Positions 20,001 to 30,450 of a stretch of 37,874 nt of DNA are shown piece by piece. Origin of the DNA: Streptococcaceae bacterium (GTDB lineage Bacteria > Bacillota > Bacilli > Lactobacillales > Streptococcaceae); assembly GCA_031270215.1 (NCBI GenBank), contig JAISYB010000094.1, forward strand, positions 1 to 37,874, given 5' to 3'. Made by a program: the position numbers and the translations under genes. Numbering within the stretch: position 1 is the stretch's first letter; each line of letters opens with the position of its first letter. The notes under the pieces were generated by a model. It saw only the letters and a list, made by a program, of their open reading frames with translations. It was not told the DNA's origin and made no database searches.

Positions 20001-21827
20001 TTCTCCCACTTCGATTGAAATATCTCCAATAACTGCACCGCCACGACTGCCTGATGCCCCATATAGATAACTGTTTTGAACACTACCACCTAGAATTTTA
20101 TTGCTAATATTACCATGAATTCTCATTTTAGAATTACGAACAGCTATCTCTTTACGCTCTTCCTTGCTTAGATTGTCATAATCACTTTCTAACTTGCCAT
20201 CTCTTAGAACGCTACCTGACAATTCACCATTAGTACTATTAGATGAGCCAGAACCGCCGGTAAAATCAGCAATAGAGCCTAATCCCTGTTCTCTGCCTGA
20301 TCTTAAAACCGTGTCAACATCCCCATAAATGACACCCGTATTTAAGTTACCACCAGTGAAATAAACATCACCTTGACTGAATTGACTGGTATCATAGTTA
20401 GTGACAACTCCACTAGGCAGCACTGATGAACCGATTTGTCCATAGTTAGCACCGCCAACGAAATGATTAGAAGTAATCTTACCAAATCCTGAAAGCATTG
20501 TTTTAACAACGCCTGTAATCACACCATAATTAATACCGCCGACTACCTGATTAGATAAATTCATCGTTGTCATCGGATTTTGATTATTAATCACACTTGT
20601 TACATTTCCCTTGACTTCCGCAGGGAGACTCGCATTCGTGCCGTAGCCACCACCGAAGAAATTTTTGAGATTTCCTGCAACATCGTTAATCGTTACTGAA
20701 GTATCACCTTCAACCTTACCGATATATGCCCCACCAACAACATTTTCAATATTTCCAGAGGTGTTGTTAATCTTGATTGTCGGATTACCTGTTAATGTGC
20801 CGCCTTCTCGATTGCCACCATAGAAGCTCCACCTACTACTACCAGTACTGTTAACTGTAATCGTTGGACTACCTGTCACATTCCCTATATTTGTACCACC
20901 ATAAATGGAAATATCACTAGTACTTAAACTACCACTACCAAAAGATCCGCCAGCTAAAGAAATATCATTGCCCTGTAGATACATATTGGAAAATGAGTAA
21001 GCTAGATTGCGAAAAGTTATATCGCTTCCAAAATAAACATCAACTGGAAAACGCAAAGTTTTAGACCCAGGCGCAAGTGTCGTTAGGTCAGTAATTTCAT
21101 CTTGACTATTTCCTGTAAAAGTTAAGCTTGCCACTTTTCCGTCAAGGCTTGATAAAGTCATTGTTCCAATACTAATGCTTGGAGGAATTTCCTCGGCACA
21201 GGTTGGGGCATTAAGAGTGATATTACTACCAACATAAATTGTGAAATCTTTGTTTGCACCATTTTGATATAAATAAAACAATGCCGTTTTAAAGCCAATC
21301 TCTGTTGCATCATATTCCTTAAAGGGTGCATTATCCCCCGCAGGACTTGGGACAACAATTAGTTTGCTCAAATCAGCGCCTGAAATGATATCCTTGATAC
21401 TTGCTGCAACACCCCTAGGTGATAAACGTTTCTTAGGCTCAGTAAAACGCGCCGTAACAGTCTTATCTTCGTTAAACTTGACTGCCGATAGCTCTACTTC
21501 CGTCAATAAATCGCCGTCTACTTCCCAGCCGAGAAACTTTTTTTCATTTGATTCAAATAGAGGAATCTCTGCTCTATTCAAACTATTTCCTTTAGTTAAT
21601 ACTTTTTTAGTTTGATTAATTGAACCAATGAAATTAACTCCATTATCTACTTCTAAAGTAACAGTGACCACTTCTTCTCTGTCCAAATTATGCGGTGTCA
21701 CAGTGTTACTCGGTACATTTTGCTTCAAATTTCCAGTTTTATTAGCATCTTCGGCGACTGTAAGGCATACCGTAAAGCTTGAAAAAAGTAATAATATCAA
21801 CGAAAACCAATGAATAAGTCGTTTCAT
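17013..21827 (-). CDS. Large secreted WxL protein, putative adhesin (~1600 aa)
   Basis: Signal peptide; one FLGW-type InlB-B-like repeat; long Gly/Asn/Thr-rich region with recurring (Y/F)xGG repeats (beta-solenoid-like); C-terminal WxL domain (VPSDIDFG...DTRG...WKL...Y.G.LSWSL). Start ATG 21827 preferred over GTG 21836 on RBS spacing. Confidence 0.9.
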   Translation of the reverse strand: MKRLIHWFSLILLLFSSFTVCLTVAEDANKTGNLKQNVPSNTVTPHNLDREEVVTVTLEVDNGVNFIGSINQTKKVLTKGNSLNRAEIPLFESNEKKFLGWEVDGDLLTEVELSAVKFNEDKTVTARFTEPKKRLSPRGVAASIKDIISGADLSKLIVVPSPAGDNAPFKEYDATEIGFKTALFYLYQNGANKDFTIYVGSNITLNAPTCAEEIPPSISIGTMTLSSLDGKVASLTFTGNSQDEITDLTTLAPGSKTLRFPVDVYFGSDITFRNLAYSFSNMYLQGNDISLAGGSFGSGSLSTSDISIYGGTNIGNVTGSPTITVNSTGSSRWSFYGGNREGGTLTGNPTIKINNTSGNIENVVGGAYIGKVEGDTSVTINDVAGNLKNFFGGGYGTNASLPAEVKGNVTSVINNQNPMTTMNLSNQVVGGINYGVITGVVKTMLSGFGKITSNHFVGGANYGQIGSSVLPSGVVTNYDTSQFSQGDVYFTGGNLNTGVIYGDVDTVLRSGREQGLGSIADFTGGSGSSNSTNGELSGSVLRDGKLESDYDNLSKEERKEIAVRNSKMRIHGNISNKILGGSVQNSYLYGASGSRGGAVIGDISIEVGEKTADGKMSADNIVYRHKPPTAEELKYSSTKNDWANAVDNWDLVGAGGRPGAEWSNYVYGNTKTVINNSVMRWTYGGGYSGVIDGDSSIVLNAGLLDTCEGGGYNNDRIYGNTKATVYNGQVNWFLTGGGWNDKTIVGDVGVNVYNGVINASMGASYGTSSGHTVTGNSDNRIYGGDFSGTPRTGANGFSGGITNSGSLLGNAKLTIDLRNYDNEFKLPSNTFISGGRPYDHNTNLGTDESNTITLNIFTKPGVNSLNGADIYGDGGGSTNSASSAKSGKIIMNIQATGSKIGKLYATQYSNTITESNKTRWLRDVVANVQGAESIAGLSGGSGSDNLTNTIYENGTAQSIFNFGADVDGTGNFPVDPIDVTGIGVNNFTQLNVTNGVKLMSSSGNIRNGLGATAANHGTSYHKFGTISLSKGGGIGISSSTGYISGGLLEVDGTGTIESPPGTGKINVSDFLGPDELEDTLTWIKNTTGDEVKQVNSNGTWFGAMKAYQVLTFNPQIQNAKNIIPFNFRGIEKATGKTFIGDNDVKTSSSNGYGLAIPGSTIDYEVEKPPIAEGKGFVTHNVSEVKVDNQPLAIKVWGSDIAGEKVQKGRLIMPSTNGINPTISLIPEITTTESWIYHAEVTSSQVGSTPVTYGEQSDSQQIDWSSSDGTYSYQVKVKYSNGAQVDAKNVIITESEAATLNTDQSVIAITGATGRPFLTSQLSADELSAIRQPLNNGDISRTHEITFKAGDTTTNYQTKTIKLIVVKDGSVVAAKRNFAIYAKDVQIKLQQANALADVSDLAKYTKAIAIHSDESTDELSLPADVFTSIQQANASELTKDVSTKYSYTFDGETLNKTVNVSVGGELKLIEVPSDIDFGTVKVSTAPKTNWPVITGNLTVKDTRGTQRSPWKLTVKEEKPLTLKNKNFHLSGCLSFIKQNQETILGSFDVLIEEKELTSDQDYIVNQSWGAVNQSGLKLTVPVELQIKGDYEGKLSWSLVSAPSGP

Positions 21828-21869
21828 AGTCTTCACATCCTTTCTATAACAGAGGCTCTTTACACCATT

Positions 21870-21878
21870 ATTATAACA
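21870..21878 (-). promoter_or_regulatory. Extended -10 promoter of the WxL operon
   Basis: TGTTATAAT about 45 nt upstream of the start codon. Confidence 0.55.
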
Positions 21879-22032
21879 ACTTATTAATCGTGTTTTTTAA
21901 TTATAATTAGACGTAATTATCTAAAAAAATTTAAATAAAATTTCTTTAAACTTCACAAAACCAGCTCAATAGCTGTCAATACAGCTGGAAAATAGATTGT
22001 GATTTATTGTATTTACCTGTTTTGACGCACAC

Positions 22033-22065
22033 AAAAAAGGTTGAAACAATTTTTTGCTCCAACCT
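22033..22065 (-). terminator. Intrinsic terminator insulating the WxL operon from cmk
   Basis: AGGTTGGAGCAA...TTGTTTCAACCTTTTTT. Confidence 0.7.
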
Positions 22066-22187
22066 CATTTATTTAGAAACATACACTCGAAATGAAAAAA
22101 CATACAAATAAAAATATACAGACAAAATTTCAAAAATAACCGTATAAAAACATAGAAACAGTTCGTAGAAAAATAAAACATGCGAGC

Positions 22188-22230
22188 TCAAAAACCGCAA
22201 AGCTGCCATTAGACAATTTGCGGTCTTTGA
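22188..22230 (-). terminator. cmk terminator
   Basis: TCAAAGACCGCAAA...TTTGCGGTTTTTGA. Confidence 0.7.
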
Positions 22231-22240
22231 ATTAACTTAC

Positions 22241-22319
22241 TTAATTGTTCGTAATCTGCGGGTATTGCCTAGAAAATGAATAAACTCCCGAATAAATATC
22301 TCGATTTTCTACGCCGCTA
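22241..22319 (+). repeat. Degenerate short copy of dispersed repeat family
   Basis: TTGTTCGTAAT..GGTATTGCCTAGAAAA...TTTTCTACGCCGCTA. Confidence 0.5.
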
Positions 22320-22343
22320 TTTACCTTCTGTTTTTTATATTAT

Positions 22344-23003
22344 CTAAATTTTACGAGCTAAATCCTCAATCTTTTTGACAACCGTTTCAATCGAAATCCC
22401 TGTTGTATCAACTAAAATGGCATCCTCTGCCTGCTTCAACGGAGATTCCTTGCGTGTTGAATCTAATCTATCACGTTCTTTGATTTCCGCTTTAAGCTGG
22501 TCAAAATCAGTTTCAATTCCTTTTGCCTGATTTTCCTTAAAGCGACGTTTAGCACGCTCCTCAACTGAAGCAACGAGGAAAATTTTAAGATCTGCACCAG
22601 TTAAAACGACCGTTCCAATGTCCCTGCCGTCCATAATGACACCACCATTTTCCCCAAAACGCTGTTGAATAGCAACAAGTGCTTGCCTAATCTCCTTAAT
22701 CGCAGCAATCTTTGAGACATTTTGCGTAACGGCATGTTCTCTGATAACCCGAGTCACATCCTCATCACCTAAGAAAACTAGCTGACCTGATGAAGTATTT
22801 TCAAAACGAATCGGTTGCTCTATCAGCCGTGCTAAAATTTCCTCTGTTGTTGTTAATTGATATTTCAAGCTTAAATAGGTTACCGCGCGATACATCGCAC
22901 CAGTGTCTAGGTAAATCAATCCTAAATCCTTAGCAATAAGCTTAGCAACCGTACTTTTTCCTGACGAAGCCGGACCATCAACTGCTATTGTAATGTCTGA
23001 CAA
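22344..23003 (-). CDS. cmk: Cytidylate kinase
   Basis: [30 protein letters not shown]. Confidence 0.98.
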   Translation of the reverse strand: MSDITIAVDGPASSGKSTVAKLIAKDLGLIYLDTGAMYRAVTYLSLKYQLTTTEEILARLIEQPIRFENTSSGQLVFLGDEDVTRVIREHAVTQNVSKIAAIKEIRQALVAIQQRFGENGGVIMDGRDIGTVVLTGADLKIFLVASVEERAKRRFKENQAKGIETDFDQLKAEIKERDRLDSTRKESPLKQAEDAILVDTTGISIETVVKKIEDLARKI

Positions 23004-23030
23004 AATAAACTCCTTTACTTTAGTGATTGC

Positions 23031-23540
23031 CTACTTAATACGTATCCTCTGTCCGGGAGAAGCAAACCATTGATCAACCGATGCAAAGCCATTAAGCTCA
23101 AGAAGTGTTTCAACCGGTACTCCAGTTCTCTCAGAAATTTGATTAACACCCTCGCCTGCGATGACCTCTGTTGTATTCTCATCGGTTGCTACGTCACTTG
23201 ACTCTATTTCCTCTGATGAAGCAGGAGTTTCTTGAGTAGGGGTGGCGGAGTCAGTTGCACTCTCCGTTGACGCTTCACTCGACTTGACCTCACTACTTGA
23301 CTGACTTTTACTTGTTGATTTAGCGAATTTTTCAGTTGCATCTGCCGGCTCTTCATTCACTTTTTGATAAACATAATAACCGATTGGGACACTACAAAGA
23401 ATAAACAAGCTAATCACTAAAAGGATCATGTAAATTTTAGAGCCTCGATTTCGCTGTTTTGAGCCTCTACGTGTCAAAACTTCCTGCTCTCTTGTATCAT
23501 AAATAGATTGTTCCCACGGTTCTTTTTTATTTTTTGCCAT
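23031..23540 (-). CDS. Membrane-anchored LysM protein (SAG1386/EF1546-like)
   Basis: KEPW N-terminus, single TM, Ser/Thr-rich linker, LysM-like C-terminus (GEG..QI..R.GV....L.ELNG...PGQ); ATG 23540 with AAGGAG. Confidence 0.88.
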   Translation of the reverse strand: MAKNKKEPWEQSIYDTREQEVLTRRGSKQRNRGSKIYMILLVISLFILCSVPIGYYVYQKVNEEPADATEKFAKSTSKSQSSSEVKSSEASTESATDSATPTQETPASSEEIESSDVATDENTTEVIAGEGVNQISERTGVPVETLLELNGFASVDQWFASPGQRIRIK

Positions 23541-23724
23541 CTTAAAACTCCTTATCTGCACGAGATTTTTCCGTTAACCCCTCAACGAATTGAATAAGGC
23601 TTCCTATTAAGGTAGACTTAATATGCTTTACTTGATATATTACCACAAACCAAGGTAATCTAGCTAAAAATCTCATGGGACTATGGAAAATTTATTTTTA
23701 TTACATCTAAGGACGTGAAAAATC

Positions 23725-23943
23725 TTGCTAAAAATCGCAATCTTCCCTAATAAATGTATCGCTTGTGGTATCTGCGAAGCTTTATATCCACAATATTTTG
23801 ACTACTCTGATATGGGTATCGTTCGGCTTGCTCAGACTGATGACTTAGAAATTATCATCCCGGACGTTCACTTCATTAAAGCAATTCAGGCAAAATGTCC
23901 AACACAAGCAATCAAGATAAGCCGCTATACATCACAAGAATAG
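23725..23943 (+). CDS. Ferredoxin
   Basis: CIACGIC...CPTQAI; divergent from the LysM gene. Confidence 0.9.
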   Translation: MLKIAIFPNKCIACGICEALYPQYFDYSDMGIVRLAQTDDLEIIIPDVHFIKAIQAKCPTQAIKISRYTSQE

Positions 23944-24589
23944 ACATAAAATTAATAAATATATGTAAAGTAATATTTGTATAGATATTGTCTGTCAAAT
24001 AATACAAAATCGCTAAAATAGAACCCATGCCAAAGTAAATTACAGCACTGCCTAAATTCGTTGGGTCGTGCAGAAAACCAAAAATAATAATTGACACAAC
24101 ACAGCCAAGTCTAGGGTATTTAGCAAATATCTTCTTAATAATCATGCCCCGAAAGACAATCTCCTCCATAAACGGTGCTCCTATAGCGACGACAGCAATA
24201 GCAACAATAAAGGGTACACCGCTAAATAGTTCATTTAACGCCATCTGATTGATTGTTGTTTCACCACCGCCTTGACGGATTAACAAGCTTCCTAGCATAT
24301 TGATGGCAATCATGCCTGCAAAGCTAATCCCAATCATCGTAAAATCCTTCGGCTTTAAGAAACCCTTATTGCCAATAATTTGAAGACGATCCGCTAAGGC
24401 TAAAACAAGATAAAAGACAATCCCAAAGATAACTAAATAAGAAACACTTTCATAAAGATTAAATACTAAGTTTCGCTGCTTATTAAGCTCAGTCAACAAA
24501 ATAAGTCCAAACATTGGAATTTGACTTAAGATAAACATCACAGCAAACAAACCAATCATCTTAACTTGATACTTTACAGCTAATTTCAT
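23912..24589 (-). CDS. CPBP (CAAX/Abi) intramembrane metalloprotease
   Basis: EE..FRG, FG..H, H...N motifs; multi-TM. Confidence 0.93.
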   Translation of the reverse strand: MKLAVKYQVKMIGLFAVMFILSQIPMFGLILLTELNKQRNLVFNLYESVSYLVIFGIVFYLVLALADRLQIIGNKGFLKPKDFTMIGISFAGMIAINMLGSLLIRQGGGETTINQMALNELFSGVPFIVAIAVVAIGAPFMEEIVFRGMIIKKIFAKYPRLGCVVSIIIFGFLHDPTNLGSAVIYFGMGSILAILYYLTDNIYTNITLHIFINFMSILVMYSGLS

Positions 24590-24614
24590 CTAACTCCTCC
24601 ACTCTTCAATAAAT

Positions 24615-25565
24615 TTAAATACTATTATTTAATGCATCTGCTCTTAGTGCGGGCAAAAGATTCCCTGCTGCTTGATAAAGAGCATACCATTCCGCTTTGG
24701 TGAGCGTTACATCGCTCGCCTGTGCAATATCTTCAATTCGACTTGGTGTCATCGTCCCAATAATCGTTTGCATTTGTGCTGGATGGGTGTTAATCCAGCA
24801 TACTGCAATCCCAGACTTTGTTACCTGATACTTATTTGCAAGCTCTGCCAATTTTTGATTGAGCTCGAAAAATTTTTCATGCTCAAGAAATGTCCCTTCA
24901 AAATAGCCAAATTGAAATGGCGACCATGCTTGAATAGTCATCTGTTGCAATCTAGAATATTCCAAAATTGAATCGTCATGGTCAATACTTCCCGAGGTAT
25001 TCATATTAACATAAATACCAGAGTTAATCATTCCCGCGTGTCCCAATCCAAACTGCAACTGATTGATAATCAAAGGCTGCGTAACTGCTGTTTTTAATAG
25101 CTCAATTTGTAACGGCTTTTGATTGGAAACGCCAAAATATCTGACTTTTCCTGATTTTTCCAAATTATAAAATGCCTCGGCAACCTCCTCAGGCTCAACT
25201 AATGTGTCTGGGCGGTGCAATAATAACGCATCTAAATAATCTGTTTTCAACCGTTTCAGGCTACCTTCAACAGCACGAAGAATGTAATCTTTTGAGAAAT
25301 CTAAGCGTTCCCCCGGCACAATCCCGCACTTTGATTGCAGGAAAATATCATTTCGAGGAATTGAGGTCTTGGCAAACGAGTCGGCAAAAATCCTCTCACA
25401 CTCACCCGCACCGTAGATATCCGCATGATCGAAGTAATTAATCCCATTGCCGTATGCCGTTTCAATAGCCGTAACAGGATTTTTTCCTACACTGTTCATA
25501 CGTGAACAGCCCAAGATGATTTGGGATACCTGCTCTTTTGTTGAACCTAAACTAATTTGTTTCAT
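24615..25565 (-). CDS. Aldo/keto reductase (YcsN/YdhF-like)
   Basis: FDHADIYG, QSKCGI, LLLHRPD, FGVSN, AWSP; start ATG 25565 (alternatives 25568, 25574). Confidence 0.95.
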   Translation of the reverse strand: MKQISLGSTKEQVSQIILGCSRMNSVGKNPVTAIETAYGNGINYFDHADIYGAGECERIFADSFAKTSIPRNDIFLQSKCGIVPGERLDFSKDYILRAVEGSLKRLKTDYLDALLLHRPDTLVEPEEVAEAFYNLEKSGKVRYFGVSNQKPLQIELLKTAVTQPLIINQLQFGLGHAGMINSGIYVNMNTSGSIDHDDSILEYSRLQQMTIQAWSPFQFGYFEGTFLEHEKFFELNQKLAELANKYQVTKSGIAVCWINTHPAQMQTIIGTMTPSRIEDIAQASDVTLTKAEWYALYQAAGNLLPALRADALNNSI

Positions 25566-25740
25566 CAACCCCAACCCTTTCCCCTAAATTTGAACTGCTT
25601 AAGCTTTAAAATACATCTTCTTAGTATTATTATACGCTTTTATCCACCCATGAAACAAGATTGTCTTTGCACTTAAAACTACTAATTTCAATCCAGAAAA
25701 ATATTCGCTTTGCTATAAATTTCATCGGACATAAACACCT

Positions 25741-25769
25741 AAAAAAGCGCTTGGATAACCCCAAACGCT
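25741..25769 (-). terminator. clpB terminator
   Basis: AGCGTTTGG-GGTTAT-CCAAGCGCT-TTTTT. Confidence 0.7.
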
Positions 25770-25875
25770 GTTTGCTTTAAATCCGAATACCCCAGACATA
25801 CGGAAACTATTTTCGGATATTCCTTTTTAATTCTCAAAAACTCCACTTTTGTCTAATCCTCGGAGATTTTACTTA

Positions 25876-28467
25876 TTATTTAACATCAAAAATCAGCTGT
25901 TCATTCTTAACACCGACCAAAATCACTGAGCTTGGTAAAACATTCCCCGAAACAATCGCCTTAGCGAGCGGTGTTTCTAAATGCTTAGTCACAAAGCGTT
26001 TAATCGGTCTTGCACCATATTCCGGCTCATAAGCATTTTCTGCAATCCATGTCTGTGCAGCCTCAGTCAATTCAAGAGTGATACCCTGATGTGACAAGCG
26101 ACTTGACAGCTCCCTGACTATCTTTTCAATAATCTGTTTCACGACATCAAGCGTCAATGGAGTAAACAAGACCGTATCGTCAATTCGATTTAAAAACTCT
26201 GGCTTGAAATACGCCTTAAGCTCTGAGAAAACCGATTCCTTCGTTTGATAATCAATCGTTGCGTCCGACTTAATGCCTTCAAGTAAAGTACGTGAACCGA
26301 TATTGCTTGTCATAATCAGAACAGTGTTTTTGAAATCAACCACCACGCCCTTTGAATCAGTTAAGCGTCCATCATCAAGAACCTGCAATAGAATATTAAA
26401 GACATCTGGGTGTGCTTTTTCAATTTCATCTAAGAGGACAATCGTATACGGATTGCGTCTGACAGCTTCTGTTAACTGTCCGCCCTCATCATAGCCAACA
26501 TAGCCTGGGGGTGCGCCGACTAGTCTGCTGACCGTATGCTTCTCCATATACTCACTCATGTCGATTCTAACCATATGGCTCTCAGAATCGAAGAGATTTT
26601 CCGCCAAGCTTTTAGCAAGCTCCGTCTTACCAACACCTGTTGGTCCGAGGAAGAGAAAACTACCTAGAGGTTTATTTGGGTCCTGCAAGCCAGCACGACT
26701 TCTGATAATCGCATCACTAACCGCATCTACCGCCTCGTCTTGTCCAACGACCCTTTGATGTAAAACTTCTGAAAGATGAAGTAGTTTTTCTTTCTCACCT
26801 TCGACAAGCTTTGTCACCGGAATACCTGTTAAACGTCCGATAACCTCAGCAATTTCTTGCTCCGTGACTGACTCTTGAACAAGTGTATCGTCTTGCTTAC
26901 TCTGTACCTCTTCAAGCTCCTGCACTTCCTTTTCCAACTTTGGAATAGTACCATGGCGCAGAACTGCAGCGGCTTCCAAATCATACGCCGCTTCCGCATT
27001 ATCTAGCTCATGACGTGCTTGTTCAAGCTCAGCACGCTTGGTGTGAATTTTTTCAACGGCTTCCTTTTCAGTTTCCCAGCGCATTTTCAATAAATTAGCC
27101 TTCTCGCGGGTATTCGCCAGCTCTTCCTGCAAGATGTCCAACCGTTTTTTGCTTGCCTCATCTGTTTCTTTCTTCAATGCCGCTTCTTCTATTTCAAGCT
27201 GCATCAGCTTGCGCGTAATTTGATCAAGCTCCGTTGGCGAAGAATTCATCTCTACACGAATCGTTGCGCTCGCTTCATCAACCAAATCAATCGCCTTATC
27301 CGGCAAATAACGGTCGGTGATGTAACGGTTGGAAAGTGTTGCTGCTGCAACCAAGGCATTGTCGTGAATTTTCACACCATGATGAACCTCAAAGCGTTCC
27401 TTCAAGCCACGCAGAATGGAAATCGTATCCTCAACAGTCGGTTCTTTAATTAAAACCTTTTGGAAACGGCGCTCAAGTGCTTTATCCTTTTCAAAATTTT
27501 GACGATATTCATCTAGTGTCGTCGCACCAATCAAATGCAGCTCTCCACGTGCCAGCATTGGCTTTAGTAAATTCCCAGCGTCCATTGAGCCTTCCGTCTT
27601 ACCTGCGCCGACAATTGTATGAATTTCATCGATAAAGAGTAAAATCCGCCCTTCTGACTTCTTGATTTCATTTAAAACAGCCTTCAAGCGTTCCTCAAAT
27701 TCACCTCGATATTTTGCACCTGCAATCAACGAACCCATATCAAGATTAAAAATCGTTTTATCCTGCAAATTGGCTGGCACATCACGCTTAACAATTCTTT
27801 GCGCTAAGCCCTCAACAATCGCTGTCTTACCAACACCCGGCTCGCCAATCAGAATTGGATTATTTTTTGTCTTACGTGAAAGGATACGGACAACGTCACG
27901 CACCTCTTCATCACGACCGATAATTGGGTCAATCTTGCCAGCTCGCACCGCCTCTACCAAATCTGTGCCGTATTTTTTCAACGATTCGTATTGCTCCTCT
28001 TGATTTTGACTTGTCACATGCGCTCCTCCTCTCATTGATTCAATTTTTTCACGCACACTTCGTTCACTGAGATTGTGTTGCGTTAAATATTCTGTAATCT
28101 GATGATGCTTTTGCTTAAACAACGCAAGTAAAACAACCTCCGTCGATAGAAATTCATCTTTAAATGTCGCTGCGATTGCTTGGCTATCCTGTAAAAGCTT
28201 GAACATATTTTGACTTAAATTTGCACCGTAAGTCACGTTACTTCCCTCAACAACCGGAAGCTTGTCGATTGCCTGATTCAACATTTGGGCGAAATCTGCC
28301 AGATTAATCTCCAAATCTTGATAAAAATCATGCGCAAAATTCCCCGGTTGAATCAAAAATTGCCATAAATGTTCAATCTCTATATTTTGATTTTTACGAA
28401 TTCTACTGATATTTTGTGCTTCTGAAATTGCTTGCTGCAATGTTGTTGTCATTTTTTCAATATTCAT
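25876..28467 (-). CDS. clpB: ATP-dependent chaperone ClpB
   Basis: Two AAA+ modules ([16 protein letters not shown]), long coiled-coil M domain, 863 aa. Confidence 0.98.
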   Translation of the reverse strand: MNIEKMTTTLQQAISEAQNISRIRKNQNIEIEHLWQFLIQPGNFAHDFYQDLEINLADFAQMLNQAIDKLPVVEGSNVTYGANLSQNMFKLLQDSQAIAATFKDEFLSTEVVLLALFKQKHHQITEYLTQHNLSERSVREKIESMRGGAHVTSQNQEEQYESLKKYGTDLVEAVRAGKIDPIIGRDEEVRDVVRILSRKTKNNPILIGEPGVGKTAIVEGLAQRIVKRDVPANLQDKTIFNLDMGSLIAGAKYRGEFEERLKAVLNEIKKSEGRILLFIDEIHTIVGAGKTEGSMDAGNLLKPMLARGELHLIGATTLDEYRQNFEKDKALERRFQKVLIKEPTVEDTISILRGLKERFEVHHGVKIHDNALVAAATLSNRYITDRYLPDKAIDLVDEASATIRVEMNSSPTELDQITRKLMQLEIEEAALKKETDEASKKRLDILQEELANTREKANLLKMRWETEKEAVEKIHTKRAELEQARHELDNAEAAYDLEAAAVLRHGTIPKLEKEVQELEEVQSKQDDTLVQESVTEQEIAEVIGRLTGIPVTKLVEGEKEKLLHLSEVLHQRVVGQDEAVDAVSDAIIRSRAGLQDPNKPLGSFLFLGPTGVGKTELAKSLAENLFDSESHMVRIDMSEYMEKHTVSRLVGAPPGYVGYDEGGQLTEAVRRNPYTIVLLDEIEKAHPDVFNILLQVLDDGRLTDSKGVVVDFKNTVLIMTSNIGSRTLLEGIKSDATIDYQTKESVFSELKAYFKPEFLNRIDDTVLFTPLTLDVVKQIIEKIVRELSSRLSHQGITLELTEAAQTWIAENAYEPEYGARPIKRFVTKHLETPLAKAIVSGNVLPSSVILVGVKNEQLIFDVK

Positions 28468-28514
28468 CGAATGACCTCCAATTCAATTAACTTATATTTC
28501 CTGTTACTGTTTAT

Positions 28515-28554
28515 AATTTACCATATTGGTCAGTAAAGGTCAAACAATTTGACT
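28515..28554 (-). promoter_or_regulatory. clpB promoter with CtsR operator
   Basis: GGTCAGT-AAA-GGTCAAA (28528-28544) plus inverted TTTGACT; overlaps TTGACC-17-TAAATT with TG extension. Confidence 0.85.
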
Positions 28555-28812
28555 GATTATTTGCAACCATTATCCTTTTTATAACTCATCATCATGATAT
28601 TGTTCTCTTGCTGCTTCGTTGAATTTTTGCGTTTCTGCGGCGAACTTTTCAGTCATTTTGCAACTTTTTGACTTCTTTATATTTATACCTCGTCTAAATG
28701 AAGCGTTGCGTAGGCAATATTACTGCTGCCGAAACGGTAATTAATCTATAAATTGCCGCAATTTTCGACATCGCTAAGCGCCCATAAGCAACTCCATTTT
28801 CCAGTCACTAAC

Positions 28813-28843
28813 AAAAAACAGCCTGCGACATAAGTCACAGACC
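28813..28843 (-). terminator. argH terminator
   Basis: GGTCTGTGAC-TTAT-GTCGCAGGCT-GTTTTTT. Confidence 0.7.
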
Positions 28844-28923
28844 TTCTTAATTTCAACTGACATACAGCAATGACTGAGTGATAATTTCCAGCGTTGCCGT
28901 CCTTATCTTCTTTCTCTTAGCGA

Positions 28924-30294
28924 TTACAATATCTCTTGCGCTCTTTGAATTTGTGCTCTGACCTGCTCAAAACCTGTTCCGCCATAAGATTTACGGCGCT
29001 CAATTGCAGTTCTCGACTGTAAGGCGTCGTAGATATCCGACTCAATCAACGGTGTAATCTCCTGATAGCGCGCTAATGGAACATCTTGCAGATAATGCCC
29101 AGCCTTTGTGCATTCCAAAACGAGCTTACCAACTATCTCATGTGCCTGACGAAATGGCAGACCCTTTGCTGCCAGATAATCCGCAAGCTCAGTTGCATTG
29201 GAAAAGTCTTTCTCGGTTGCCTGCGCCATCACGTCCTTATAAACTCGCATCGTTTCAACCATGCCAGACATAATATCAAGGCTTGTCAAGATTGTTTCTG
29301 CCGTGTCAAACATTCCCTCTTTATCCTCTTGCAAATCCTTATTATACGCTAGGGGTAGACCTTTCATCACAGTCAATAGTCCAAAAAGATTGCCATAAAC
29401 TCGACCACTTTTTCCACGGATTAACTCCGCCATATCCGGATTTTTCTTTTGCGGCATAATGCTTGAGCCGGTCGAAAATGTATCCGTCAGCTCGATAAAG
29501 TGAAACTCATGGGAGCACCAAAGAATGATCTCTTCACAAAACCGCGACAAGTGCATCATCAAAATACTCGCATTGCTTAAAAATTCGAGAATAAAATCAC
29601 GGTCGGAAACTCCGTCTAATGAGTTGCTATAAACATCAGCAAAACCTAGCAGTTCTGCCGAATAAAAACGGTCGATTGGAAATGTCGTTCCAGCAAGCGC
29701 CGCACTACCAAGTGGCGAAATGTCACAGCGCTTAACAGACTCCTTAAAACGTGCCTCATCTCTTTCAAGCATATTGTAATACGCCAGCAAATGATGGGCA
29801 AAGCTAATCGGCTGTGCATGTTGCAAATGCGTATAGCCTGGCATAATCGTTTCAACATGCTCGCTAGCCCTTTCTACCAAAACCACTCGGAAATCATGAA
29901 TTTTTTCGATTACTTGTGACAAGATTTCTTTGAGATAAAGGTGCATATCCGTCGCCACTTGGTCATTTCGGCTACGTGCTGTATGCAGCTTTCCTGCAAC
30001 TGATCCGATTTCCTCATGCAAATAGCTCTCCATATTCATATGGACATCTTCATTTTCTATCTTAAACTCAATCTTTCCTGCTTCGTATTTCTCCTCAACA
30101 CGCTTAATCCCTGCTGATATTTTTTCTACCTCAGCTTCGCTAATAATCCCTGTTTTTGCTAACATCGCAACATGTGCTAAGCTACCTTTTAAATCTTCCC
30201 TTGCCATTTTTTGATCAAAATTAATTGATGCACCAAAGCGTTCAATCCATGCTGCAGCCTGTTCTTCAAAACGTCCACCCCATAATTTTGCCAT
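28924..30294 (-). CDS. argH: Argininosuccinate lyase
   Basis: [29 protein letters not shown]; start ATG 30294 or 30297. Confidence 0.98.
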   Translation of the reverse strand: MAKLWGGRFEEQAAAWIERFGASINFDQKMAREDLKGSLAHVAMLAKTGIISEAEVEKISAGIKRVEEKYEAGKIEFKIENEDVHMNMESYLHEEIGSVAGKLHTARSRNDQVATDMHLYLKEILSQVIEKIHDFRVVLVERASEHVETIMPGYTHLQHAQPISFAHHLLAYYNMLERDEARFKESVKRCDISPLGSAALAGTTFPIDRFYSAELLGFADVYSNSLDGVSDRDFILEFLSNASILMMHLSRFCEEIILWCSHEFHFIELTDTFSTGSSIMPQKKNPDMAELIRGKSGRVYGNLFGLLTVMKGLPLAYNKDLQEDKEGMFDTAETILTSLDIMSGMVETMRVYKDVMAQATEKDFSNATELADYLAAKGLPFRQAHEIVGKLVLECTKAGHYLQDVPLARYQEITPLIESDIYDALQSRTAIERRKSYGGTGFEQVRAQIQRAQEIL

Positions 30295-30450
30295 CATTTC
30301 CTCCACTACATTACTTGATTTTTACCAATCTCTTATTTACTCTACCTAAATAAGTATATACTTTTTCCCCAACAAATGGCGACACTTACGTTAATATTTC
30401 ACCCATCATCGCAAATAATCTTAAACTAAATCGATATAACCACCTGATAC

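Noticed and set aside
22065..22181. 38-codon Phe/Tyr-rich ORF and AAACATA repeats upstream of the WxL operon
   Set aside because: No RBS; low-complexity A-rich DNA between two terminators with irregular spacing.
30352..30363. AAGTATATACTT palindrome as an ARG box
   Set aside because: Does not match TGAAT-N4-ATTCA; more likely overlaps the argH -10.
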